Origin: Eutreptiella sp. 'Long Island Sound 2002'
Lineage: Eukaryota > Protista > Euglenida
NCBI GenBank assembly: GCA_964036045.1
Contig: OZ038378.1
Coordinates: 45,260,001-45,324,000 of the forward strand
Direction of reading: 5' to 3'
Length of the DNA: 64,000 nucleotides
Every line of letters starts with the position of its first letter. Within the stretch, counting starts at the first letter, position 1. The translations under genes and the position numbers were made by a program. Below, piece after piece: positions 1 to 13,380 of the stretch. Under the pieces are notes generated by a model. It saw only the letters and a program-made list of their open reading frames with translations. It searched no databases and was not told the origin of the DNA.

Positions 1-169
1 GGGACGTGGCAAGAAAGAGAGAGCGACCACGGAGAGCCTGGTGGACGGGCAGGACCAGCCCAAGATCTACACCATCCGTGACCATACCCTCAAAGTCCTG
101 ATGCACCCGGATGTGCTAGAGTTGCATGCCGTGAGAGTCGTCCATACACCGCATGGTGACGAGCGGCAG

Positions 170-500
170 TTGCACTTGAAGGTGCGTGTACGGTGCGGAC
201 AAGAGGAGTTGGTGGTGGATGTTTTGGTGGATACGGGTGCCCAGGTGAGCCTGGTCCGGAGAGGGTTGTTCAAGGAGGAATCCCTGCAGCCCAGCCGTTG
301 ACCGGTACGCCTGAAGGTGGTTAATGGAGAGATTATGGGTGGTGGCACCCATGAGGCCACTATCAGTATGGAATTTTGGGAGCATGAGCGCTTGAACCGC
401 CCTGATTTGGCGAAGAGAAGCACTCTATCCGGGAACTTCTATGTGGCCGACATTACAGATTGGGATATGATCATGGGGTATGACTTCATGGTGGGAAACG
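170..500 (+). pseudogene. Retropepsin aspartic protease domain of the Gypsy pol
   Basis: VLVDTGAQVSLV and DMIMGYDF motifs, interrupted by TGA at 299-301 with the same frame continuing. Confidence 0.9.
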
Positions 501-682
501 CCATTGGAGCCCTTCCCCATCGTGCAACGCTGGTCCGGGAGGATGATGAATGCCTTACATGGCTGTCCACGGACTATGCATGCGGATCATCCCAATGGAG
601 TGCTGAGGAAGAGGATCGAATCGTCCAAGCGGTGCAAGCTGTGGGTGCCAAGTCCAGAGGAGACCGCGGAGTTCAGCTCACG

Positions 683-1117
683 GAGTATGGAATGGCGCCG
701 CAGGTGTATGCCAGGATGGTCCAGACGCTGGGAGCCGAAGCGCCCGAGACGGACGTCTTCGCTTCCCGGGATGCCCCACTTTTGCGGAAGTGTAGGAGGC
801 ATTGGCATCAAGGAGACTCAGCCTGGCACAGGCATTGGGGTTTGAAGGAGTGGGGGCGCATGTATTGGCATGGCTCCCTGGAAAATACCAGACGTACGGT
901 GGAGAAGATCGTCGCGGATAGGGCGAAGGGGATCCTGGTCATAACCGGCATAGGATCCACCCCATGTCCGCTGGAAGGTCTCAAATTGATGCTGGATTCC
1001 ATCACCCTGAACGAGATGTCATTTGAACCAGAGAAGTAATTGTTCATCGACGCCAAGGGTTTATCAATGCCCTCCCCGGGTCAAGCGTGGGGTACCAAGG
1101 CTTTCCTGGTGGATGGG
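683..1117 (+). pseudogene. DIRS/Dam-type N6-adenine methyltransferase-like domain within the Gypsy pol
   Basis: EYGMAPQVYARMVQTLG-ETDVFAS-DSAWHRHWG-RMYWHGS-RRTVEKIVADRAKGILVI follows the order of the DIRS MT pattern (W.L..VF..I...G.P.IDLFAS / DAF..DW / YAFPP / RVL.KI..E.A..ILIAP). The NPPF-type motif is degenerate. Confidence 0.7.
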
Positions 1118-1609
1118 GCGCAAGCCCAGCCCACGGGTGATGAAGCATTCCTCCGTAGGGTTGAGGCGGTGCCCATGCGGGTCATGTTTGAGCCCAAGGA
1201 GGGGACGGATCAGCCAGTTGATGGCATTGACGTCCTGTCCCACGCCAAGATCGATCACGTCGTCAACTACATGCGGATGGGGATGCACGACCGTGTGGCA
1301 GCCAAGAAGAGGCGAGACATGGTCACATCTCCGCATTGGTGGGATGACAAGATGTTGGTCATCGGCAAGTACGAGAAGGATGACTTCGTGGCGAGGGTCA
1401 TACATCACATCGCGGACCAATATGATGGTCCGGTTGGGTCGGACCCGCCGACGTGGGATTTTCCAAGAATGGGGGCCGGTGATGACAAGAACTCGACTGA
1501 TGCCGCAAATTTCTGAAGATTATCGGTGGGAAGTGCACCCCACGACGATGAAGACGGCATATCGGACTAGGAGAAGTCGGACTCGGACCTGGAAGAGGCC
1601 TATACCGCA

Positions 1610-4132
1610 GTGCGGTCGGTTGTATCGATACCGAAGCAAGCGGCTGAAGAGGCCCTGGAGAACCCGAAGGTCGCCGAGCTGAAGGAGAGGCTGAAAAATG
1701 CCTATCCGCGGCTATTCAGTGGCGTCGCCAACAAGAACCCTCCAGATCGTGGGAGGTTTGGCACAGCGAGGATCAAGCTGAAGCCGAACCCCAAGATCTA
1801 TCGTCATCGGGAGTACCAACTTCAGGGCGATGGGGCGGAGGCCATGAAGAAGTTGTTGGCCGATTTTATTGAGCGGGGCTGGATCGAACCCTCCGACAGT
1901 GAGTGGGCCAGCCTAGCCTTTATCGTGCCCAAGAAGGAGAAGGGCGAGTGGAGGTTGGTGGTTGATTACAGGGGTTCGAACGAGCAAACCGAGCACGACT
2001 CGTACTCGCTCCCTGTGATCGACACCATCCTCCAAAAGCAACAAAAAAAGCGGATCTTCACGGTGTTAGACCTGAAACACGGCTATAACCAGATGCCGCT
2101 ACACCCGGACTCCAGGCCCTGCACAGCGATGTCGACGCCGCTGGGGCCCATGCAATGGAAAGTGGTTCCTATGGGCGCCAAGAATGGCAACGCCGCTTTC
2201 CAGCGCATGATGGAGGACCTACTCGGTCCTGTCCGGGACTGTGCCGACCCCTTTGTGGATGACATCATCATCGGGTCCGGCACGGAAGACATGACTGAGG
2301 ACGAGCTCATCGAAGCGCATGAGAAGGATCTGCGCCCAGTGCTCAGCGAGCTGGACAACCACAACATGGTGTGCAAGCCCACCAAAGCCTCACTCTTCGT
2401 GAAGGAAGTGGAGTTCGCAGGTCACGTGGTTGGTCACGGGCAACGCCGTCCCATGCCTGGGAAGCTGGCGTGCCTGCACCACTGGGAGAAGCCCCAGACC
2501 ATCAGCGAACTCCGATCCTTCATGGGGTTCTGCAATTACTATTCGGGCTATGTCCGGATGTATGCAGAACTATCGGGGCCGCTGCACAAGATGCTGCAGG
2601 TGGGGAAGTTCGATGGCCGGAAGGGGAGCAAGAAGAAGCTTGCCTGGACCCCTGAGGCGGAAGATGCGTTCAGCCGCCTGAAGGAGCGACTCCTGCAGCA
2701 GCTGGGGCTATTCCTGGTGGACCCGGACAAGGGATTCGTGCTACGGACGGACGCCTCGGACTATGCTGTAGGGGCAGTCCTCGAGCAGGTCCGGGACGAC
2801 GGGTCGCACGTACCCGTGGTATTTTGGAGCCAGATCCTGGCCGAGGGCAAACGTCGAACCTGGACCGCGAGGGAGAAGGAGACGTACGCCATTGTTTGTG
2901 CGCTCAGGAAGTGGTCTGGCCACATCGGATTACAACCGGTGGTGGTTTGTACGGACCATCAGTCCTTACAGAGCTGCCACAAGGAGCACGTCGACACCCC
3001 CTCGGGACCGGCGGCAAGGAGGGCCCGATGGCATGAGACGTTCGCCAAGTTCCACCTCAGCGCCGTATACGTCCCGGGGAAGGACAACACTGTGGCGGAT
3101 TGCCTCAGTCGATGGGCCTACCCCGCGGGCAAGGTATGGATGGACATATCCAGCCATGGGGACGGCGAGGAGACCGAGGAGGCCAAGCGCATCATCGAGA
3201 TGGAGAAGGCCATGGAGCAAGGGGGGGTCAAGTGCTTTGTGGTGATGGCAAACCGTACAGACCTGGCCAAGTTCCGGGGCGCCCGAGTCCAAGCTATTCG
3301 AGAGGAAACCCTCGAGCAATGGATGGTGGCCCCCGTAGAGCTAGTCAGGTCGGTGCTCACAGAGGACTGGTCGGATGACTATGCGGCATCCGACCACTGG
3401 AACAGGTACTGGAATGCCGTGAGCACCCCGTCGGACGACGAATGGCCTGAGGGCTTGACCGAGGATGGGGATAAATTCTTCCTCAAGGACAAGCTATTGG
3501 TGCCTGAGAACCGAATGGAGGAGCTCATTGACCACTGGCATAACGCCCAGCTCATGCATCCTGGTGGGGACAAGATGCAGCAGGACCTGGTGTGGCGTTT
3601 CAAGTTCTCACCGGGGTACTACGCCATCCTGGACAAGTACTGCAGCGACTGCGCCGTGTGTCGGACCACAAACAGCCCCAACCACTCCACGGCGGGCAAC
3701 CCGATGTACACTGCTATACCGGAGGCCCCTATGCGGTCCGTGGCCATGGATGTATTCGCCATGCCTGAGGTCACCGTGGACGGAGAGACCTACGACTGTG
3801 TCATCCTGGCGGTGGATAGGCACAGCAGGTATATCGTGGCGGTCCCTGGCAAGAAGTCCAAGAAGAAGGACAAGAAGGGCAAGCATGGAGTGGGCCTGCA
3901 GGACAAGACCGTCGCTAATGCCATGATCAGGCATTGCCTGACGATTTTTGATGTCTCAGCTGTCATCTGCAGCGATCGGGGCAGTCAATTTGTGGGGACG
4001 TGGTTCAAGACGATGTGCAAGCACATGGGGATTCGGCACGCCAAGACCGTGGCGTACCACAGCCGGTCGAATGGCCGGGCTGAGGTGGCCGGGCGGCAGA
4101 TGTTCCAAAACATTCCGCCAGCTGCACATTGA
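1610..4132 (+). pseudogene. Gypsy reverse transcriptase, RNase H and integrase core
   Basis: RT: WRLVVDYR, DLKHGYNQ, PMGAKNG, FVDD. RH: TDASDYAVGAVL, EKETYAIV, TDHQSL, NTVADCLSR. IN: H-H-C-C zinc finger, AMDVF, SDRGSQF, GRAE. Confidence 0.95.
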
Positions 4133-4895
4133 CGAACCGGGCTGGAATCGGTATAATTCGCTGTGGAGAGTACTCCAAGCGTACCACGACCTTCCGGGGC
4201 CCACTGGACTGTCGCCCCATCGTATCCTGTTCCTACGGCATCGAGTGTCACGCACTCTCCCGTGGTTGAACCATGGCAAAGTGGCTCGGGATGCGAGCGC
4301 TATGATGGCTGAGGCGGACGACACGGCGGCCAAGGTGTGCGAAGCACTTCAGGACGAGCATGAGAAGAGGGCCAAGTACTTCGAGCAGGGAAACGTCCAG
4401 AAATAAGCTCTCTGAGACACCGTATGGGTGGAGCGGCACCACAAGGATGGCCTGTCCAGGCATCGGCAGGCGTCTTGGTATGTGCCGGGGGTAATCGTGC
4501 GGAAGGTCGGGCAGGATGTGTATGCGGTTCGTGTGGGGGATAACAAGATCCTGGACCGCGACCATACCCAGCTTCGTCCCCGAGCACCAGACCCCAGCGG
4601 ACGTCCCGTCACCTTCGAGTTCACAGCCGGAGATCTGGACTCTGATGACGAAGGGGAGGACGACGACTTCACCGCCGAGAGGATCCTGACGCATAAGCCA
4701 GACCCGGGGCCGCCTGGGGGGAGGCTTTATAAAGTCCGTTGGAAGGCATTTGCTGCATCCAGGGATTCGTGGGAACCGCCGAGCAGTTTCGTGCCGAGGT
4801 ATACCACCGTCTGGATGGAGTATCTAAGGGTGAAGAACATCTCTTTGGATGTCAAGGACGTGTTGGTCCATTTGGTGGCTGCAGCAGCACCGTAA
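4110..4895 (+). pseudogene. Integrase C-terminus with GPY/F-like region and chromodomain
   Basis: After the frameshift: AYHDLPGPTGLSPHRILF, WYVPGVIVRKVGQDVYAV, then AERILTHK...LYKVRWKAFAASRDSWEP. Confidence 0.9.
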
Positions 4896-6599
4896 TGGGT
4901 CCCCCTTGGCATTTTTGTTTGTTTTTGTGCTTGGGAGACGGGTGAGGGCGTTCATCCGGGGATTTTTGGGCCTTGATTGGCCATATACCCCCTTCACTCG
5001 GTCTCCACACATATATATTTCTTTGTGGTATACGTATTTAGCTCGATCGGCGACGTTTCACTATCCTTGATCCCCTTGGTCCATGTTGTAGATCGAGAGG
5101 AGACCAAATATGGCCGAGGGCACCAACTATGAGTGTCCTCACCCCTCCCTTGGGGCATGGGGGACGCCTGCGCCGTATGTGAGGCCTCCATGTGTCCTTG
5201 GGACATGGGGGGGGGGGTAGGAGCCCATTGGGGTCCTCCCGTCCTCTCTTCAATGACTTCCGAGCGGATACAACGCTCTGAGAAGGGGGGTGAAGCCGGT
5301 TCGGACCCCCATGGCCATCTTTGGGTCACTTGGGGTGTGTATCTATGGGCCGGCAAGCCGCCATTGGCTGATATCATACTCTCCCATCCACCTGACCTAA
5401 CCTGATGTGATAGTGTGATAGGTTTGGCCATTCCAGCTATGAGCGGCCACGTTCAATACCGAGGCACCGCCGGCTGAGATTTATATATCAAAATATCAGG
5501 AATCAACAGAGTTTTTTTATCATAATGTTTCCGTACTTTTCAGCTATTCGTTCTGATTGTCCATGTATCGGCGACTGTCAGTTGGCTCGCGATTTTGCGG
5601 TAACCGATTGGTTAACTGTTATTTCCAGATATTTTAGCGGAAACCCCGATGAAGGGTTAAATTTCATCAGAAAAGTGTTCGTTGCTTCCGCAATTTTCAT
5701 GTTATACACTCGCAAAATTCATCCGATTTTTTCAGACATTCAGAATCGGATTTTCGACTTCGAAGTCGCCGCACTTGATATGATGAATCTCGAGTGGTCC
5801 TATATTTTTCCCCGATCACGAATCAACCTTCCTTTTGTTGTCTCCTTCATTTTTCTTGGAGATATAGGCGAAACAAAATTGATTCGTGAGGCCACTTTGA
5901 AAGGTCATATCTCCGGCTCATTGCGAGGAGTTACAATTTTGAGATATGGGCTGGAATCGCCTTGGTCTCAACTTAATTTAGGAAGCGTCAAACGCCTTTG
6001 ATGTGTACACATGCCTGGTGTAGCAAGGGATAATGGTCAAGAGGGTAGAACATGATTTATGACTCTTGGACCATGCAACCGAATATTTTAATGCAGCTTT
6101 CGAGTGTACCGCATGAGTGTTGGTGTTGCATAGAAACTTTTCTTGGGTTCCTACGTATTTTTAACGTGAAGTTATGTCCATGGAGGGGCATGGCATACCA
6201 TGGTGGGAGCCACTTTTTGAGGGTATGTGTTATATGCATGGTATGTGCTTCGCTATGCTCACGCCCATGTTATATATCTCCGCTTGTAGGAAGATATGTG
6301 GAGTCATACGTGGCAAGGGCTTCGCCGATGTCCTAATGGTGAGCTCCATAGCGCTAGACTGAGTCTACCGCACATATAGTGCATGTGGAAAGGCTTACGG
6401 GGCGACCCACAAGCGCCACTATCAATTTGCCCATTTACATGGTGCGTGTCGGGAGGAGGTTCGAAGGTGTCCCTATGCGTCCATGTGGGGATCCAAGTTG
6501 GGGGATTGTTCGCAAATGGTCCCAAGCAATTGTGTTTTGAACCATATGTTGATACCATGGGTGAGCGAAGTTATATACTATTGTGATTACTTTGAATTT

Positions 6600-7900
6600 G
6601 GCAATATTTGCATGTTTTTGACCTCATTTTATGCTCATTCTTGTATTTTATGTGCTCAACTGGTCGGCTAACAGTAAAGTGCCTAGTAATCTGTGAACTA
6701 TGGTATGTTGCTTAGATGTTGGCATATGCTTCTGTGTTGCACCGCACCATATGCCGGATCACGGGGTCACTTTGGCGTGGCACACAAGGCCTCACAAAAT
6801 TAGGTCTCAAATTCCTGAGTTGACTTGTGAAGCATGGCATCTATATATCCGGAGGGGTTTGGGAGCCAATGTTGGGATATTCTTGGGCATGGACCTTTGA
6901 TCTATATCACCCTTGTATATTACTTTCCGGTTTGACACATGCATGGAGCATTTGTATACTTGCCACATGCATTTTTGAGTATATAATTGAATTTTGGGCA
7001 CTATGGTGTAATTTGCCTAACTTTGCTATGTTGTGAGGTCATCTTCATGGGGCAATTCTCCAAGCCCAATCGACTCCAAGTCCAGCCAGAGTTATGTCAG
7101 GGTAGCGCATGGTCCTGAGTGCCACTCTAGGCCATGACACGCCACCTTCCCTATTGGGCTAGGATTTAGAGGCTTGGGAGTGAAGACATTTTTGAGGTTT
7201 GTGTAATGACTTTTGACACATGGCATTTAGCCATCTTATTTGACTTGGTTCAGGACATCATGTTGGCGAGTCAAGGGAAGGTCCTGAGTCCAGGGAATGA
7301 GGGGTCTATGGCTGTGATTGCGTATGTGTCCATCTTTCCCCAATGTTGCTTGATTTGTGTTCATATGCCAATTTCAGGGCTTCTTTTTCCATTATTGTAT
7401 TGGTGCAATTCTATGTACATGCCCAACGCCCGTGTCTCCGTGCGCACCGTGAGACGACCGGCGTGTTGAAAGGAGTTGTTGAGTGTCAACGCGGGACCTC
7501 AAACACCCTTGGAAGCCCTCAGTGTGGATTATTTGGATTGGAGCTATTGTACTTGGGATTGGTTATTGTAAGGGATCAGGATTTGTGTGAAGGAGCCATA
7601 TTTTACTATTTTTTGTAGGAAATTGTGCAGGATAGGGCAAGATCATGCAGAACCTGGTGAGAAGCAAGACCATAGGAGTGACAGGAGATGGTGGAAGGGG
7701 TACAGCAGGGGCCGGTCCTGGTAGGGACCTTCTTTATGGTGATGGTTAGGAATGTGGGGCATAGGTGTCAGGCCAGACAGGGAATATGACTTGGCCAAGC
7801 AACTGAATTCAGAAACAGTTAAAAAGTAGACCGACAATAAGTGGTAGAGACAATTGAGCATAGGGGTCTTGGGGTGGGAGACCACTAGGCTTAACCTCCA
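6600..7900 (-). pseudogene. Possible highly decayed non-LTR RT remnant
   Basis: Weak minus-strand fragments in plausible order (EGFQ..RS..D, RQSDP). No intact ORF. Confidence 0.2.
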
Positions 7901-8149
7901 AGGCCTAAATCATGAAATGCCTATTTTATTTCGGTGTATCCTCCATGAAGGAAGATACCTCCGCTCAGTTGAGTGGTAGGGGTGAACTTCATGGGGGGCT
8001 AGGGTTACAACCCTAGTTACTCTGAGAAAGTGTACTTTAAGCTTCAAAAGAGTGATAAAAATACTTAAGTTAGTCTTAGCATCAACAAAAGGGTTTTAAG
8101 GGGGGCTTGGCCTGGATCAAGCCCTCCAAGAAAGACAAGGCAGTGACTT

Positions 8150-9500
8150 TTTCTTACTCACGGTGTTCTTCCTCCCTCTTTGTACAAGAACCCTTGGCGT
8201 ATGGGACTCTTCTTGTGGAGGCAAGAAGAATAGCCCGGAGCCCCAAGCGGCCAAAGGCCCTTGCGGAGGCACCAAGAACACCACGGAGTGCCAAGTGGCA
8301 TAAGGCTAATTTGGACGGATGAAGAACACCATGGAGTCCCAAGCAAACAAGGGCAAGAAGAACACTGCGGAGGTCCGAGCTAAGAAGCAGAAGAAGAAAA
8401 CTACAGAATCCCAAGCGCCCAAGGGTTCTTGTGGTCGCAAGAACAACCAAGCCTTGGGCGCTTGGGACTCCGGAATCTTCTTCTTCTCCCTGTTGGATTG
8501 CACTCCGTGGTCTTGTTCTTGCCCTTGCTGACTCGGGGCTGTGCAGTGTTCTTCCTACCTTCACAAGAACCCCTGGCCGCTTGGGACTCCGCGATGTTCT
8601 TCTAGGGTTTGTAACCTCTTGTATTAAAAATAACCGGGTTTTTCCGAATATTTTTTCCAAAATGACCGATTATTCCGATTATTACTTTTCAAAATAACCG
8701 GTTCAATGCGATTATTTCCACTAAGCAAGCCAATTGACGGGTTCTTTTCCGATTATTGGTTTTCAAACCAACTAATTTGTTGGTTTTTGAGAAAAAAAAA
8801 AGTAACATAGAAACCAGCACACATTGCTCCAAGAGTTTGATTTTGCACTGTGTGAGTATGCGTGTTGACATTATTTCTTTTTCATTGCAAAAGAAAAACC
8901 TCATGGTCTATTACCCAAGAATTAGTGACCATTCTTCACCCGTCCGATTAATTGGTTTTGATTTATTTCAAAATACTCGGTTTTCTAAGTACGTTGAAAA
9001 TAACCTCCGATTGATTGCCGATAACCGGTTTTTCCGATTAATTGATAAAACCGGTTCCGAACCCTATGTTCTTCTTACCTCCACAAGAACTCTTGGCCCC
9101 CTGGGACACCGTGGTGTTCTTGTTGCCTGCACAACAACGCTTGGGCGCTTAGGTCTCCGCTGCGGTTTTCCTGCTTCCACGAGAACCTTTGGCCGCTTGG
9201 ACCTCCGCGGTGTTCTTCATGTGTCCAAAGTAACCCTTAGCCACTTGGGACTTCGTGGTGTTCTTCATGCCACCACAGGAACCTTTGCCCGCTTTAGACT
9301 CTCTTGTCAGCTTCTTCCGCTTGTTAGCTTGGAACTCGGCGATGGTCTCGTTGCCGTTCTTGGCTTTGGACTCCAAAATCACTGTGATCTCGCTGGTGGG
9401 GCATCTGTCGGCAAGGTGGGCAAACGCCGAACACAAACTTTCTGTAAAAGCATTTGGGGCTCTGTCTGCTTTACGGCTGTTGACCTTTGCGAGTTTCACC
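8150..9500. repeat. Degenerate ~42-bp repeats in both orientations, interrupted by a MITE
   Basis: Recurring AAGAACAC/CCAAG units translating as KNTxESQAxKGSxGG-like 14-mers; inverted repeat at ~8409-8467. Confidence 0.6.
8603..9066. mobile_element. hAT-type MITE (464 bp)
   Basis: Imperfect TIRs TAGGGTTTGTAACC...GGTTCCGAACCCTA, exact 8-bp TSD TGTTCTTC (8595-8602, 9067-9074), subterminal AATAACCGG/CCGATTA motifs. Confidence 0.9.
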
Positions 9501-10109
9501 CCAACATAGTGGTTCCCAAATGTTTTTTATGGGAAAATTTTCCGGAAATTCACGAAGTTCATAACACCCTCAGCAGCTCGGCAAAATACCCAAAATCCAG
9601 TGTTGGACGAGAACTGTTGAAGTATCCGAATGACAATCAAATCACGAAAATTTGTGGGACCCTGGCCGGGTCTGCAGCACTCATATTCTCATCCTCTGGA
9701 GATACAACGGAACACAAAAATACGATATCGGCGCCACGCTGAGAAATCTAATACATGCATTCGTGTATTCATAAAACTGAATTTTCTGTATCACAAAAGT
9801 TTTCTACTCTACTGTATCCTACACAAGTTTTCATCTCGCACTCTGCGCAAGCGCTGCTCTGGCGACTGTTCTGTCCTGACTGCACGGCAAGTGTTATCCG
9901 CAGAAATGGGTTTTTCTGCGGATAAGGGCTTATCCGCAGAAACGTCTGCGGCGGTCGGATTTCTTGCACAAAAAAGCGAAATTAAGCAGATTTTTGAGGA
10001 AAATGCCAGATCAGAGCTGTTTGTACTGGTGAATGCCTGTTGGATGACATGCCTGAACACAAATTTTATTCTGCTTCTGAATTGCAGAATTTTTGGGTGA
10101 ATTGTCACC

Positions 10110-13100
10110 ATGCAACCAATTAGAAGAAAGATCATTGATGTTGATTGCTTGAGTGACAGTTCACCTTATAAGCTAAAAGTTAAAGAAGAGTCAGATGATG
10201 AAGTGGAGGAAGTGAGGGTGGAGGATGGTGTGGACGAAGTTGAGAGCGATGTTGAGACTCAAGATTATTACAATGGGCTGTCGGACTCTGATGAGTCAGA
10301 TTTTGCTCAAGATGTTGCCGATCCTAGTGAAGACATTGCAGATATAGGTGATGATGATGAAGAAGATATTGAGGAAGCCCCCCCGGTTAGTGGTGGTGAA
10401 CACGACAAGGTTGGGCCATTGATCAAAGTTGGTGACATCTTGGGCAAGACCAAGGACAGTGTGAGAGCAGGGGTATTGCTACCTACTGCAATATCTCGTT
10501 GATGTGTCACCCTTTACCTTTGGTTGCCCCCATTGTTCATATTATTCCCCCTCCAGGTTCGCCGTAGGCTGGGCTACCCGTTGAGTACTATTACATCGTC
10601 CAAGGATTACCTATATTTACAATGCCCTTACACCGTAAAATGGCGTCCGGATACCACGGGAGCTAGTGGTGGAGGTGCTGTGGACAAGTCGAGGAACAGG
10701 ACGACCAAACGTCGGAAGCGTGGAGACAAGCCAGCCGACACGGAGCCTCAGATGGCGGAGGAACTGCCGGATGAAAGCACCGAGGCCAAGAATTCCGAAC
10801 TCCGGTGCCCTATCGCATTGGTCTAAAATTCCGAGAGGAATCTTGGCATGTGCAAAAGCTGGACTTGACCCACACAGGCCACAAGCTACTTTCCGCTCGT
10901 GCAGCAGCTCAGGAGGAGCGGTGTATCAAGCCCGAGTGGGTTGCAATGATAAAGGACCACGGTGCTTTGGGTTTGTCTCCCTCCACCTGCCTAGAACTTT
11001 CGGAAAAACATTGTGGGGACGCTTTCCGCCATGCTAAAATTGAGCCGCGCGACATCTCTAATTTGTACTATAAGCATGGCTACAAGGCTGCCACTGATTG
11101 CCATGCATTGGTGAGGCGGAGTCGCAAAAAGCAAAAGGAGGACCCACGTTGGGTTGTTGATGTGGAAAAAGAACCTGGTACAAACCGCGTGACTCACGTG
11201 TTCTGGATGACCTCCAGTCAAGTTGAAGCTGCCTCAAGGTTCAATTACCTTGTTATCGATGACAACACATACAATTGCAACATTATTTTCTATCTTGGTT
11301 GTTTTACGACAATCAATGAGCATGGGAAATTGTTGCTAGTGGGCCAGGCACTGGGTCTCAGGGAAAGGGACTGTGACTACGAATGGCAAGTGACCCAATG
11401 GCTAAGGCACACTCCTAGTTCCCCCAAGGTTTTGATGACCGATGCTGACCCTGCTTGTGCCAAGGCTGTCCAAACACTGTTGTTGGGCACCAAGCACCTT
11501 TGGTGCATTTGGCACATCATGGAGAACATCCACAAGAAAATCGCTCGCAGGCTTGGGAAGCATGGCTTCCAAGAGTTCATGGGTCGTTTCCATTACCTGC
11601 GTACGGAGGTGAATATAAAAGCCTTTGAGGAAGGTTGGGCTGCCTTGCTAGCATCTCGCTTACCTATGCATCAATGGGCTTACAGGTACCTCCACATCAC
11701 GTGGGGGGGGGACGGTGTAAGTACTGGGCCACATGTTATCAGATTGACCTCTTCACCAATGGCATCCAAAGTTCACAGAGAGGGGAGAACAAAAATAGGT
11801 GGCTGAAGGCTCTTTGTTCAAAGGTTCTGAAACGTTGTTGTGTGAATCAGATTTTTGATGCCGTTGAGCGGCTTGTCAAATGTCAAATGAAGACACAAGA
11901 ACGTTGCCTTGCCATTCAGGATTTGAAACAAACTGTTGAAATTGCCAAAAAGGCCTTGCCATCTGCAATCCCCCTTGTCAAGGATACATTCAGTACCTAT
12001 GCTTTGCAACGATTTTTGTTGCAAGTCGATATGGGTACAACAATGTATGAGGTGGGGAAGTATGACCCTTCCAAGCTGGGTGTTGCCGCACCTAGTGCGT
12101 TGGAACGCGGTAGGTTTGATGGCATGCCGGCACGCTCTTTGGATGGGTGGGAGCCACCAAAAGACTTGGACAACAAGCAATTTGCCACCGCTACGGTTAG
12201 CTTGCTGCCTTCCAAGGGGTGTGCTGGCCTTCCCCAACATTTGGCTTTCTTCGATCCCCTTGTCAATGGAAGTGAAGTGTTGGGTCACAAACAATTTGTT
12301 TGTACATGTGGGCATCAACGGTTGGGTGAGCCATGCCGCCACTACTTTGCGGTCCTGCAACGAGGAACGATACCCGTGTATTTCCACATCGGTTTGTTCC
12401 ATGAGCAATAGTTTGTGAAACAACCTACTTTTGTTGCCCAAGTGCCCATGGTCCAACCATCCCAGCCACATTTGCCTGCTGTCGACTGCTTTGTGTCACG
12501 TCCTTTGCCCACTCCAACACGCAATGTTCCCGTGCTTGAGATGCCACCATCCATTGATGAGAATCGAACGGATGAGGCCATAGTAGCCAACAAAGGTAGG
12601 ATGTTTAACAACCTCTTAGCTTTGGCCCGCAAGGTCATTACGGCGGCGGTGGATGCCGGTCCAGAGTCATGTGCACATTTGGAGTCCGGCTTGCATGCTC
12701 TTGGTGCTACGATTGGTGCCCCACCTCCACCGGATGTTGCAAACCCGGCTACACTTCCCAAGCGTGCGCGTAGCGGTCGAGGCAATGGTGGTCGTGGTGG
12801 TGGTGGTGGTGCAAAGCGGCAACGGACGGACACTTCTTCCACAAGTGCACCAACCTCAGAGGATACGGTCCCGTCCAATCCTGTGCCCGCGCCATACCCC
12901 GGCCCTCCCCCCAGGACAACTCGGGTCATTCCTCTCACTGTAGCTCATCTCCAGAATGCTTCCGTGGTGCCACCGCTAGCACCCTTGACCCCTCGATTCT
13001 TCGACACCATGGGCATGGCATCGGCCTCTCAACCTTTTGTTGCACCGGCAAACCTGTCTCAATCTTGCACGCAGCCGTTTTGGCAACCCGCGGCCTTCCC

Positions 13101-13158
13101 GCTTCCTGTCAGCGGGCCTATGCCGCCATACATGTCTCCTCACCATCTCTTGGGGTAA
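10110..13158 (+). pseudogene. FAR1/MULE transposase with SWIM finger, one intron, frameshifted
   Basis: Acidic exon 1; 84-nt phase-0 GT-AG intron 10473-10556; FAR1-like C..C..H region; IDDNTY, LMTDADPA, HLWCIWH; GIQSSQRGE; SWIM CTCG...PCRH. Frameshifts near 10808 and in the G-run near 11705; TAG at 12409. Confidence 0.9.
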
Positions 13159-13380
13159 GGCTGTGGAACTGTACAGCAACAGTTGGTGCTCAACGTTGCT
13201 TGTGTAAGTCTACACACAAATGGTATGAGCGCCACCTCCATTGCACGCTGCAATCGGATATGTTGTTCTTCAATGCAACCAAGATTGAATTGTATTTCAC
13301 TATCTTACGACGTCATCTTCTCAATGTGTTCAATTCATTTCATGTACCATGGTGCAACAACACCCTCCCCGGTATTTTGG

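Larger units (their letters stand above)
1..4895 (+). mobile_element. Ty3/Gypsy LTR retrotransposon with chromodomain integrase, decayed; 5' part lies outside the window
   Basis: Domain order PR-RT-RH-IN-chromo. One frame runs from ~2 to 4110 with in-frame stops at 299, 1037, 1514 and 1568, a frameshift near 4110, and further stops at 4404 and 4413. LTRs could not be delimited. Confidence 0.95.

Noticed and set aside
299-4415. Stop-codon reassignment explaining in-frame stops
   Set aside because: All three stop types occur alongside frameshifts, and the TRAPPC11 exons have no internal stops; pseudogenisation is simpler.
4896-5460. 3' LTR of the Gypsy element
   Set aside because: Likely present, but there is no clear PPT or TG...CA boundary and the 5' LTR is outside the window.
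8756-9742. 328-aa plus-strand ORF
   Set aside because: It runs across a MITE boundary and repeat sequence, so it is a chance open frame.
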